A stretch of 61,391 nucleotides of DNA, from assembly GCA_000934665.2 (NCBI GenBank), contig KZ537963.1, forward strand, positions 186,001 through 247,391, written 5' to 3'. Source of the DNA: Catajapyx aquilonaris. Taxonomy: Eukaryota. The notes beneath the pieces are model-generated. The model searched no databases and was not told where the DNA came from. It saw only the letters and a list, made by a program, of their open reading frames with translations. Position numbers and translations under genes: made by a program. The stretch's first letter is position 1; every line of letters begins with the position of its first letter. This document shows, one piece after another, positions 40,301 through 54,516 of the stretch.

Positions 40301-43064
40301 AAGAGGGCTTTGGGATAAGAGAGATGTTTTTGTCGAGTCAGGAGTTAACATTATACTTTCAAATTTTAACCGTTGGGTTAGGCCTCGCATAAAGCATCCT
40401 GGTTGGATGAGGCTGTAGAATTTAAATTTGGAGGAACTTGAATGAAGTGTCCGCATTACAATAATTTCAAGCAGAGAAGTTTACAAACACACTGCATCAA
40501 CTGCTGAAAAAAAATTCATTGCCTCCTGAGTGTGGGAAAAAAATCCAGCATCATTACCATATATGAAATGAACAATATTGTTCAGGACTCACCCTTGTCT
40601 CTGAATCACCGCACGACTATAACAGTGGGTCCCATAAAAAAGTACAAAACCCTTGGTCCTCCTTTTTTCGATTATCATTTTGAGCGTTATCGTCACCAAT
40701 TTTACAACGTAGGCATGGAAATGCGGGGGAGGCAAGAAGGCGAGCGGAGGATTCTGCACAAAATGGGGCCATTTTCAAACGAACCAATTCCGAATGCATC
40801 CATCTGGGGGGGGAGGAAAATATGAGCCCTTACTTCACCCTCGTCTATTATGCTTCCATATCGAATGGGGATTGAAGCCGGATGAAGAATGCATAAGGGG
40901 ATCATGCAAAATATGCCCCCAACTCTCGCTCCATTCTTCTTATATTACGATAAGATTTATGTAGCGATCAGGCTCCTTACCAGTCAATCCATATAGAGTT
41001 GAGCTTCACGCCAAAAAATGATGGGACGGAAAAATTGTTGAAAAAGAACATCTGCTACTCATCATCAACCCCATGTTTACCTAAAGCTTAAGTTAACTTC
41101 AAGAGTGAAGCCCACACAATAAACATCTTGATTAAGTCTGGTTCATCTTCTATCGCGATGGGTGAAGCCTTAAAAATATATCTATATACACCCCCCCCCC
41201 CCACCTCAAGAGACATCTTCCCCATCCTCATTCCTCCCCTCAAACGAAAGAAGATGGGGAAAAAAAAGAATTTATTCCCAGAAAAAGGCTGGCCCAAAAC
41301 TTGAATAACATATCTTCCCATGGCATCAGCGAGAGGAGGGTTGAGTTCCACTTTTCCCCTCTGAGAGTGTGCACAAGAGCACATTGTGACAGCATCCATC
41401 CCAAATTGGAAAACGTTATCGCGGAAACAGCGGTGATGTACGGAGAGGGGAACTAGAGGCCCTTTTGTAGTCAGGAAAAGAAAATCCTTGGGTGCAAGCC
41501 CCATGTTTCAAGCTTCCCCCCCATCCCCAGATTTTGCATTTAAATTCATAGAAGTAGTGAATGGGCAGTGGTTGAGGGAAATTCCGATGCTGCTGTGCAT
41601 TTGGATCCGAGTGTATCCTAGCCTCTGTTTAATCTCAGCTTTGATTCCATGCCCAAATACCCTCGCGAGGGGATAAATCGACTAGAGAGAAAGGGTGGGG
41701 GGGAGGGGACTTTGCTTTTTAGGAAATGAATCCGTCGGATTTCCCAGGCGCTGTAATTGGCGGCAAATTTGATTTGCGCTTGCTGCGGAGAGAAGACACC
41801 GGTCGGGGAGGGTTATCCAATTATAACTGCACTGTCTGAATGCGTTATTGGCGATGGGGAAAGGTGCGGAAATGAGATGTGTTGTCTTGCGGGTTTTCGG
41901 TATACGTGCCAGCATCAGATTAGCTGCCAATTGGTTTTCGCGGGGTGCTGCCAGGCCAACTGGCTTTCCGGAGTTTGCTGCCGCTGTGGTCACGCTATCG
42001 GGTGATAGGACTTGTGTATAGAAAAAGAGAGTGAAAAATGGGCTTTGTGGTATGTTTGAATTTGTAATGAGCGAATAATTTCATAATGGACTGCAGGGTT
42101 CTCATTACGTCTGCAAGATCGCATCAGTGTAGAATCAGGTGCTTATAATCAAAATTGGCAAAATTTGATAATGAATTATATAACTAAATCTACCTAAATG
42201 AACATTCATTTTAAATATCACTAGAAAATTTCTTGAAAAGATGCCAATTTCTAATTGTTTAAGCAACAATGTTTGCGTTTTACTAGAGAGCCTCGAGGGA
42301 AGTTTTACTGTTGGTATACATAATAAGCAATACAAACAATCACTCTTGCACTGAACGCTTGAATGGAAGTTAATTTAATATTCAATATTCTAGATCAAAA
42401 TATTTGCATTAAGTTACAGGGATACGTAGCAATATCATTGAAAAAAATATTTCACACACTTGCAACTCGGTTTGGAAGTGAAATAGCCGGAAGGAAAATG
42501 TTATGCATAACTAAAGTCAATACAAAGTTTCGAGACATTCCCAACTAAAAGCGGTAGTTTATTTTATTACAAGTACTGTAATAATGTATTCTGGCAGCAC
42601 TAACAAGCCTTACATCTAAAGGAATGTCAATATTTTGCATTTTAAATGCCACACAAGGCAGTCGATTTGGAGGAGACCAACTTTATGTTTTTTTCTTTAC
42701 ACGGCTTCTGAGAAGTAGGACTGTAACGCATATTTAGATATGCAAATTATCGAGTCAAGCCTGGAGGCAAAAAAGAAGAAAAAAAACCCGAGCATCATGA
42801 GACATATAGGGTGGAGGCTGGATGTGTGATTGGTGGGCGGAGTTTCCAAGTATATCCAGGCCAAAGGCAAGTAGTCAATGTACGAGCAAGAATTTCCACA
42901 TTATTAACTAATTATTCGCTGGATTAATTTTGTCCACGTCTGCTTATAGAACTCTGTCCATATTTTAGAGCATTTTTATTTGTTAAATATTTTTTTAAAA
43001 ATATGCTTCAATCTCTCATTAAAATACAGATTGAATATGTGGCCCAAAATAGACATGATCAATT

Positions 43065-43110
43065 ACTTACAATAATGAAACTACTTACCTGTAAATGATG
43101 TAAAGGCTTT
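43065..43110 (-). other. Candidate recursive splice site
   Basis: Minus strand reads GCCTTTACATCATTTACAG|GTAAGT (junction 43089/43088), with a second GTAAGT 18 nt downstream (43070-43065). The pyrimidine tract is weaker than at the other two sites. Confidence 0.4.
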
Positions 43111-46100
43111 AAATTTTTCAGACCGAATCTACAGATACGCTCCGAGCATTTTCATATCAAGGGTAAAAAGCCATTCAAACTTTTTCTTCTGCTAAGAGGT
43201 CCTTCCCCTTCCATCTCGCAAATCCAAAATATATATAAAAAAAGAAAAATGGGCCTGAATATCCTTGAAGGAAATGAAGTCTTCTGGGCAGAGTGGCCCG
43301 AATGCCTTGGAAGCAGCGTAGCCGTGTCGGGCATAGAAATATCCTGATATAAAATAATAATTTTGGGGAGCCAGCCCCCCACGTTTTCTGGGTGGAGGTG
43401 GGGAGGGGGGGGGGGGGAAGTGCAGACAATATTCTCAGAACCTTATTGCCAGCACCTCCCTCAACACTCCCTTTGGATAATTACGTATGCCAAGGGGAAG
43501 GCGCACGTCCCTGCTGCTCACAGCTCATTATCATTGACTAGTAGGAGAGGTGAGGAATACTACATGTGCCATGTACATTTTCCTCTCTCAACCCTTTCTA
43601 GAGTTTCCATGGCAGCCGATGAAAGACACGACCCTGCAAAATTTTAACTTGTCAAATAGCTTCCATGCCATTAGCGGAAGTAACTTTTAAAAAAAGTGTT
43701 AATAAGATTTTGAACAGCCTTAATCACTCAAGCATTAATGAATGTGGCCGAAAAAGTTAAGCGATAATTTGACGGTATTCATCAGTTAAGCTGATTAAAA
43801 TTAAGGCAAATTTGCAGTCAGTGTTTTTTTTTTGCCACCTTGCGCAGTGTGTGATAAATTGGAGTTCTACACGGGGGTTGAGTAAACACAACCGGTGTCA
43901 TTTTTCAGTGACTGTGGAAAGCTGTGAAATATTTTGTTGCAGTTGGCACTTTCAAACACGCCCCCAGTTCCTTATTGACATTGGCATGCAAGACTATTTG
44001 TAAGAAAAAAAAATATCTCGAATAATGATTTGGAGCCATTTTGACGTTATCAATCAATAACTGTGCTCAGCTTACTAACATCACGATCAAAATTAAAAAC
44101 GCTGATGTTGAAAGTAACCAACTTTCCCTATATGGTTTAAATATTAGGGAATCAAAACATGATAGTATTTTTGTAATATCCGACCCTCCATGTAACGCGT
44201 CATGATTTCGCGTGACCTACCCTACCCGCCCCTTCTAAAATTACACAACGCTAACCACTCCTACCTACACACCCCCATTTCCAAAAGCAAACACATCCGG
44301 CTTAATTTCTATGAAGTGCCGGCTCCTGAACCCACTAATTCCTCTCCAAATGAAGCATGCTAAAAATGCATCAGAATAATAATGAATATTGTTAAATCTG
44401 AATATATAGTGGTTACAGTAATCCATTTTGTTGTGTAACTAGGTCGTACAATTACATGTCCTCTTCATATGTGTGCAGTACATTGCAACGTTTTAAATGT
44501 TTCTGAGACAAATTCGTCAGATCATATTAGTAAAAAATTCTACATGGAAATGCACCATCTTTTAATAATAGTCAGTTTTTGCTACCTCATCTGAAAAATA
44601 TTCTTGAAGCTGAACCTTAATTATTTTGCAAGTGAATAATGCATCACGAGCAAAATAAATCGAGTCAAATAATTTATTTTTAATGACAACTACTGGATTC
44701 GTTCTCCAGCCATGTTGGAGTCATCGCACTTTTTTTTTGTCTCAATTCCTTCTCCTTTTGTCCGCTCCAAGCATGCAAATTCCCTGACCAGACCCGACGC
44801 CACCTGCCCAAGAGGCCACGAACCAGGACTCTCATCAATTAAAGGTACAGCAAGTTGGTAGCCCAAGGCGGGACAGGTTACAGCTAGTCCTTGATGCAAA
44901 ACTCCGAAAGTCGTCTGTAGGAATCCTCTTGAGAGAACCAAGCTCAAGGAGGGGGGGGTGTTTGACTGATCCCCGAAAAGGGAAATCCTCCTGTTAACAC
45001 AAAAGCCCAAGCCAGTACGTGAGATTTATGCGCGCGAAAAAACCGGAGAGAGACACAACATGGCCGCGATTGGTCTCTTTGTCTCTCAGCAACTCGCCGT
45101 ATAAAAAGAGAAGTTAACACTCATGGGGGATTCCCACTCTTTCCTGAATTTTACGAGCACTTGGACAAACTGCCCAACTGTTGCTAAGCAGTGTTTAGTT
45201 AATTCTGAACGTTCTGATTCCATATGTCTGGTGGAGGAAAAAAAAACCCCTGACGCGCATCGGTGTTTGTCATTCACAGAGTGATCTCATTTAGGGGCTT
45301 CAAGACGGAAATTCCTTCCCTGGGTTCTTTATCCCCTGGCTGCATGCCAGTCATGTCATTATGGATGATCGTTACATCGAAATCCACTTCGTAAGAAATC
45401 CTTTTAAGACCATCCTCCCTCCCTAAGGGGGGAATATATACAGGGTGGCCATAAAAAGACACCCGGATTTGAATTTCTCAGAATTACATTTTTTCCGCAC
45501 GATTCTGCTTGGACCACAGGTAAGACAATGTGCATCATGGCCAGCCTTTTTCTTTTCCAAAATGTTAAGCAAATTCTGACAATTATTGTCAGTAATGAGA
45601 CAGCTTTGTTCAAATTGCAGATTGTTTCTATATAATAATCCTGCAAAGTATGTAACAACAACTAGCCATATTGACAATCTGCAAAAGTGTGCAAATCTAG
45701 CTCTTTGCGTAAAACCCTCCCTCTTTTGCATTTTTTGAATCACCTCCTCTTAACCACCCAAGTGCCTTTACCTTGGTCAATATTTCTCAATTTAATGGTC
45801 GTCGTTAGCTAAAGGAGACCCATTAGCCAGTAATCCTCCCCCATTGGAGATAAAGAGAGAAGCGTATACCAGAATGGGAAATTCTCCTTCCAAAGAGGAG
45901 GGGGTTGGGCCTTTCCCCCCGATAACTATTGCAAGTCCTGGTTGATTTATTCGCTCCAGAAAATTATTCCAGCGCGTCCGCAATTATCTCAAATCCGTCA
46001 CAGATTAATCCCATAACGCTTCTGGCCCCCCCTTCCACAAACTCTATGAATCTATTCCTTGTGGCCAGCGTGATAGGAAGCTGTTTTATTAGGCCCGAAG

Positions 46101-49100
46101 AACACCCGGAGGGCTACAAGTCCGCCCTTCCTCGGTTGCAAAACCCATTAAAGGTTCACTCACTCTGCCCAATGTTCAAAAACCTGCTTTGCCTGACCTT
46201 ACTGGAGCGTTGGAGTATATACCAGCCCTGGATTTACTGGAGGAGGAAACAAAATTTCATATTGTTTTCTGAGCCAATTTTAGTACCACGGACTATTCGT
46301 GCAGCTTTTGGTAAAAAGACAGCGAAAAAAAATAATATTCGGGACACGTCGCTATCCATCATAATTCCCATCCGGTCCTGGGAAACAAGAGGGGATTCCT
46401 ATTTGCGCTGGAGACACGTGGACAAGAAGCCAGTGGAATTCCAGGAGGCTGCTCTGAAGCCGCAAACAAACTCTTCCATCACTCAAACGCCCCAGAGTTT
46501 TTTTTTCTCGGCCCAAATGTCGGGTTCTGGCCTCTCTGTCTTCATCACTCTGTATGAATGGCATTGCACGTTTGCCCGGACACTCACAAAAGGTATGGAA
46601 ATTATGTGACTAAAAGATGCACCAAGTAATTACACATAAATTGCTGGCGGTATACAAACATTGCATATTTCGCATCATTGAAATCTGAGATTACAGGGAG
46701 CAGTAATGGAAATCAAGTTTTGTCGGGAACAAGAAAAACTCCGAAATTCATTTCCCAGTTGGCTTCGTTTGCCATAATCGCATTTTTTGATCCCTTTTCA
46801 GTAGCTGCCGTTTCTCTCCCTTGTTTAACAACTTACGAGAGGAGGGGGAAAATGGAACATGTCGTCATCCCTTCGAGGGTTGGAAAGGGCCCCCCCAAAA
46901 AATAGAAAAAAAGAAGGAGGTTTTTATACTTCTCGAATCTTAATGGTTTCCTCGCTCTGACATTCCCCTCATTTTATTGTGCTCCGGTACCATGGATAAA
47001 AGCGTGCCGCCAGAGGCAGCACGGACCAACAACCAAAGAATATCCGGAAAATCTAGCATCGTTTATCAGTTATTGTTCCTCTGAGAACCGATTTGGGTAG
47101 GTCGTAAATTTGCCAATAAAGGTGAACCAACCCGTAAGATACAAGAAACAGCCTATAGCACAATTCCAATACTAGTATAAAAATGGAAGAATCGTTTTAA
47201 ATACCATTTGCAGAATTAAATGCGGTTGAATACACTTAACTGGCTAAGCCACTTTGTCAGCAAAATTAGCGATTATCTGGTTGAGTCGATTAGGAGGATT
47301 AATGGAACACCCCAGCCAGAATCAGATGAAACAAAAAAAAATCCAACTTTTAATAATGGATAATAACATTTGGGCAATTTGGCTACATTTTTTTGGGGGG
47401 GGGGGGTGCAGACTATATAGTTTAGGCCACACTCTTCATGATGTGACATGAGGCATCAGCCGTATTTCCAACCTCCGGACTGAATTATTGGACTGGAGGT
47501 TGTGACAGTTACCGTAATCCTCCCCACACGTTCAGGTTTTCCCTTAGCGTGCAAAGGGAAAAGGACAGAAACTTCACTGATATCATCTCCGTGCATCGCA
47601 ACTAAGACTTGGATACCAGTCTGACAACTTTATATGCCCCTCGCACCCTTATCTGCGACGACATTAAAACAAAAATAAGGATGGCTCCCATATAAATTTG
47701 ATTTAAAAAATACAAACTTCATCATATTGCAGTACACACAACACTAACGGTAATAAGTCGGCTAAGTATACACGGAAGTCCTATGGAGGTAAGTAGGCGT
47801 ACGGTGTTTCCAATTGATCCGTGCTTATACTGCAAGATTATTTTATTGCATTATTTATTAATTTATTTCTAGTTTTTGTGCTTTGAGTACTGTTGCTCTG
47901 ACCTTCGAGGTCCGCAAGGTTACTTCTTTTCGGTTGGCTTTTTGGAGCCATGGCTATCGTCAAGTTCCATCGAACTGGTTCTGGAACGCCAACTTTTCTT
48001 AATGAGTTTACATGGAGCATGCCGATAAATACTCTCAACTGTCGAGTGCCGGATACCGAGAGAATAAATTCTGGTCAATGATCATTGTCATTAATACCCA
48101 GGTATTCCATTAATTTAAGTGACAGCAAAAAACCCCGCAGGAGCCGCCAGTCACGTACGTAATAATATGATAAAAATTTCAAAGTAATTGCGATAATTAA
48201 GCGGCAGCGACACCGCAGTCAAAATTACTCAGCGTGGGTAATAAGGCAGAGCAATTTGCAAGCATGACGAGCCCGTTTCCTAACTCTTGACAATGTTTTC
48301 GCAGAGTGTAACAGACCTGAATAAAACGTCGTGTTAAGTACTAATGGGAGAAAAACTATTCATTTTTTATATATACCTAAGTTCTTGACAGCTGACACTC
48401 CTCCTTGGTCCTTTGTCCCTCGGCAAGCTGTCTTCAGGATACCAACAACCGATCATGTTGAAGGACCACTTCAATGAACTTGCTCGCTTCATATCCGCAC
48501 TTTTCACAATCACTGCACTGCACTGCTTCTGAAATACTTGTGTGCGATGATACTCTTTTTCCAGAGCAAAGGTGGGCTAGGTGCTGCCACCGCTTTGTAT
48601 ACCAGTTACGTCCCACACGATTCGAAGGCCGGCTTTATAGGGATCACTCTCCAGGTAGGTACACCAAAAAATTGTGACCGACAACAAAAGGTGTCCCGTT
48701 CCGTTTGGGAAAGTTTTTCCCGTGGAAATCTCGATTGGGACACGCCTCTTGTCTCTAGCAGGTGATCCGAAAGGAGACCGCAAAAGTTTTTAAGAGACTC
48801 GGATGGGTGGTAGGAGGGTTTGGATTCTCAGCACCTGTTGCACCTTGCGTTCGTCTCAGGTGAGCAGCTAATGGGATTTATGGGCTGTGGTGGCTCTCAC
48901 CGGGTTGCCACTTATGGTTCAAGAGGCGCCACTTGTTACGCTGCCTTGCCTTCGGAGCACGGTAAAATTTTTTTTTTAAAGAAGTATAAATACAGCTGGG
49001 TACTCTGCATCATCGAGAGTAAATAATTGGTTGATACATAATCATACGATTAATAAACTGCTCGTGATTTTAAAATGTGCAAAATGTTAAAATAATAGGG

Positions 49101-49410
49101 CTAACCATTCAGCAGCATCGACATAAAAATTATAATAATTAATATACATTCATGTATAGAACTAATATGGCCAATTTCAAGTTATGTTATGTTAATTTAC
49201 ACTGCACATAAGCAGTTTGAAAAATTCATAAGGGTGATAGTTTTCAAAGAGAGCGTGACTTGTGATTGACAGGATCAAAAGGTGAAGACTGATTAGCAGT
49301 AAATGCAAAGTATAATACAGTAGAGGTTCCTTATTACTTCATATGTCGGCGATAAGAGACGAGCCTGGAATAGAAATCGGTCATAGACTTGCAATAGGTC
49401 AACACAGAGC

Positions 49411-51134
49411 ATGCACGGCAAATTCACGTCTGGGTGCATTTTTCGCACTTTTTGTATTTCATTATTCGTAATTCACAATGCCGTCGGAAGTGAATTTTCT
49501 CATATTGCATTTCCTTCCAACGACGACGACCTTGAGTGCAACGTGGAAAGAAAACTTCGCCAATTTGGTAAGGATTAATTGGTATTTAGATGAATGCGTG
49601 AATGTATGTTATCGACCGTTTTCTCCAGCTATTGCAAATGTTTTCACATACTTAGTTAGTATGCAAATAGTCAGGACACAATGGAATCCAAAGGTTTGAA
49701 ATATTTTCATCCTTTGTGTTGGTTGAACAGGCAGGAATAATTTGGTATAGGTTCTCAAATACTGTACATCGATGTGTTTAGCAGTGATGCTCTAATCAAG
49801 TTCTAAGTCTTACTAAAAATGAGCAGTGATTACAATATTCTTGCAGAGGAAGACTGGAAAGTGGAGAGAAAACAAATAGATCAGAAATTAGACCAATTGG
49901 TGAAGCTCGACAGCAATGAAGGAACTCGGAAGCAATTTTCAACTGTCGTGGACAAAATCGACTTCATGACAGAAAGACTCATAGAAGCAACAAATGCATC
50001 AATGGTAAGAAAAGCTTTTGTAATATTTTGTAATATTTTTCTGTCTGTCCATATCTCAGGCACTTTATGGGAAAATGGCAGAATCGCTACATGCACAGCC
50101 TCGAGCAGAAGAAAGAAATGCTCACATTGTTGCTCAGCCTATTGAGAGTGACGCTGAAGAGCTTCCTCCGTCGTACTTTCCTTCTCCCAAACGATTTGAC
50201 CCCGTATTCACAGTCGACAAATTCACTGGTTGGTAGATTCTCGTTATTATTAATCGACATTAAGGTGCATCACACTGCTCACTGTTCCAGAATATGCCGC
50301 CAATTGCCTTGAAATCCTTAAGTCTCCAGGACAACACAGGAGTGGATTGTATATTTTGAAAGTTGCTGATTACTATTTTCAGGTACGCATGTTTTACCAG
50401 CAATTTTTCAGAGTGCTGCTATAGCATAATGTTATTAGAAATTTGTGCCTATTATTTTTTAGGTATGGTGTGACATGGTTACGGATGGAGGGGGATGGAT
50501 AGTATTCCAGCGAAGAACATCGGAGGTCCGTCGGGAAAATTTCTTCAGATTCTGGAAGGACTACCAGAATGGATTTGGCAACTTGGAAGGCGAATTTTGG
50601 CTTGGCAAGTAAAGCGCAGACTTGATTATAACGTGTGAATTCAACACTAATCGACATGTTTCCACAGGATTGGATAAAATTCACTTGCTTACATACGGTG
50701 AGCCCATGTCCTTACGAGTTGACCTGGAGGACTTCAAAGGGAATAAAGCCTATGCGTTTTACTCTCATTTTGACGTCGGCGATGAGAATGAAAAGTACAT
50801 GCTATTGGTGGACGGATACAGTGGAAATGCGGGAGACTCTTTGCTATTTCAACACGAGATGGCTTTCAGCACCAGAGACTACGACAATGATCTGTCCCAG
50901 AGGAACTGTGCGGTTGACAGCCGTGGAGCTTGGTGGTACAAAAGTTGCCATCAGTCTAATCTCAACGGCAGGCCATCAACCAGTGGAGCGGAAGTTGGTC
51001 CACAGGTCATTTCATGGCAACTATGGAAGAATACCCAGGAAGCTCTCAAGATAACTGAGATGAAAATGAGGCCCACGTTTGATTACAAATCCGATATTGT
51101 GTTCCCTAATTTTAGAAACACTGTTGACGAATAA
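49411..51134 (+). CDS. FReD gene 1: secreted fibrinogen-related domain protein (tachylectin-5/angiopoietin-like), 6 exons, ~394 aa
   Basis: Manually spliced exons 49411-49567, 49847-50004, 50060-50228, 50291-50382, 50463-50604, 50668-51134 (intron phases 1,0,1,0,1) give one open frame: hydrophobic N-terminus [26 protein letters not shown], then [10 protein letters not shown], a coiled-coil-like exon 2, and FBG motifs [92 protein letters not shown]. Intron 5 uses a GC donor. The start codon and exon 1 are less certain than the FBG exons. Confidence 0.9.
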
Positions 51135-51135
51135 A
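51130..51135 (+). other. Possible polyadenylation signal overlapping the gene 1 stop codon
   Basis: GAATAAAT contains both the TAA stop and AATAAA; further AATAAA hexamers occur downstream (~51473, ~51584). Confidence 0.3.
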
Positions 51136-51971
51136 TCCGTGCACTTAGCAGCCTCCCAAAAGGTGAGTACCGTCTTACAAGGCTTCACCATTTGCCTGCA
51201 AACCTCGCCCAAATTCTAATGAACTCGATGGAGTTTTACGACATTGATATTTTTTCGACAATGATGGTAGGCTGCACATACAAACGAACCTGCTACATGT
51301 GGAGAAGTTTCTTCACTGCCAAGTGAGAGAGGTTTATGGATTTGTCTTAAGTCTTGACCTACATACTTATTACTCACAGCTGGCAAACGCGAATGTTGTG
51401 TATGCAAATCTCACTGCAGTCCAGTTGTGGCAAAGTGATGCCATTGTGATATTTGGTTCAAAAACATACTAAAATAAAGGCCTATTTAATAATAAGGACT
51501 GACGCTCTGGCATGACCAACCAATTCTGCAATAATTGTAGTGAATGTATGCAAATTCCTCGATATTCGTGTACTGTATAGTGAATAAAAGGCTATATAAG
51601 AAAGAGCTTCCTCGTCAATATGTTTCAATTTTTCTCCAGGTAGCCAGATTATTCCTGTAGGAAAAGGTGTGTTAATTTGCCCTTTCTTATTACAACTGAC
51701 CTGAGCTTCAATATCAAGTGCGACTCTTGCAAAATGGTACGTTTTGATTTTAAAATCTAGAATTCATTGTTTAACGTGTCAAACTGTAAATATTCCAGCA
51801 TACTTATACTCAATTAAAAGTAGACAGCTTTCCCGTTGCATTGTTATTCAAGCATCTCCAGATACGTACTGCACACATTTATTATATAAGGTGACTTCGA
51901 CTTACCAGATGTAAGCCCCATGACGGCAGGTATTAAGAAATCACTTAATCTAGCACCTGCATGTTATGCAG

Positions 51972-52010
51972 TATAAATCGAAAAGCACTCGCTGTACGCA
52001 ACACAGTCAC
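51972..52010 (+). promoter_or_regulatory. Putative TATA + Inr core promoter of FReD gene 2
   Basis: TATAAA at 51972-51977 and an Inr-like ACAGTC ~30 bp downstream, just before the ATG at 52014. Confidence 0.45.
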
Positions 52011-52013
52011 ACA

Positions 52014-53701
<1,688 letters not shown>

Positions 53702-54516
53702 GAACGAAAACACGGATCTTCAGTATTAATGATCGAGTTATGATACGTATACCTCGAATTTATACTGTAATAGTTTTTAAACGTCCTGCATAACTTAATC
53801 TCAGCTGTCACTCGAATATTGCTTTGTGAATAGTGTAGATGTACTGCACAATAAGACATTGTTGTAGTTTTGCATGATCTCTGCTGATTCCTTACGTAAC
53901 TTATTATTCCATCCTTTCCAGGAAAACTATGAAAGGATTCTCCTTCCTTTCCTCCTCTTGAGTTTAAATAATTGAGGTAACTTAATCACTATGCATTCCT
54001 TTTTACGTGATATACATATCACAAAACGTATACATAATTCCGTCAAAGCTCAGGCTTGCTAAGACAGATTATTCGGGTATTACAGTAGATGTTTGTGCAT
54101 TTAATGGGGATATTCTGGAAATTTGCATTGCAGTTCAGTGAAAATTTCGAGTTATAAAACCCATGCTCAGATGCTCTGTATGAAATGGAGGTTACACAAA
54201 TAACAATTTTGAACCCCTAGTTTTATCATGTCGAGAACCGTATCCCAACCATGGCACCAAAAAATGCTGCCAATCTTGGCAAGTGCAAAGTTCACTATTC
54301 CTTAATACGTGGCGTGATGTAAGCAACAACTCCACACTCCTCACCTCATAACCCAAAAAATGTGAATGATACACCAACCTCTTATCAATTCATGGTGTCA
54401 CTTGCTAAAGTGAGTTTAAACAGCCTTTTATATTGCATTTGTTAATAATATCAAAGTGTCAGATACGGACTGTGACCCCACGTCACGAGTGCCATTTCTG
54501 CTCTTCCATCCACGCA

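Noticed and set aside
43082..43091. U1 snRNA 5' end (TACTTACCTG)
   Set aside because: The following sequence does not resemble U1; better explained as the reverse complement of a perfect 5' splice site.
1..49400. Numerous 60-226 aa ORFs (e.g. 45929-46609, 17056-17550, 21119-21616)
   Set aside because: No recognisable domains, many begin at non-ATG codons, composition reflects homopolymer tracts, and no consistent exon chain could be built.
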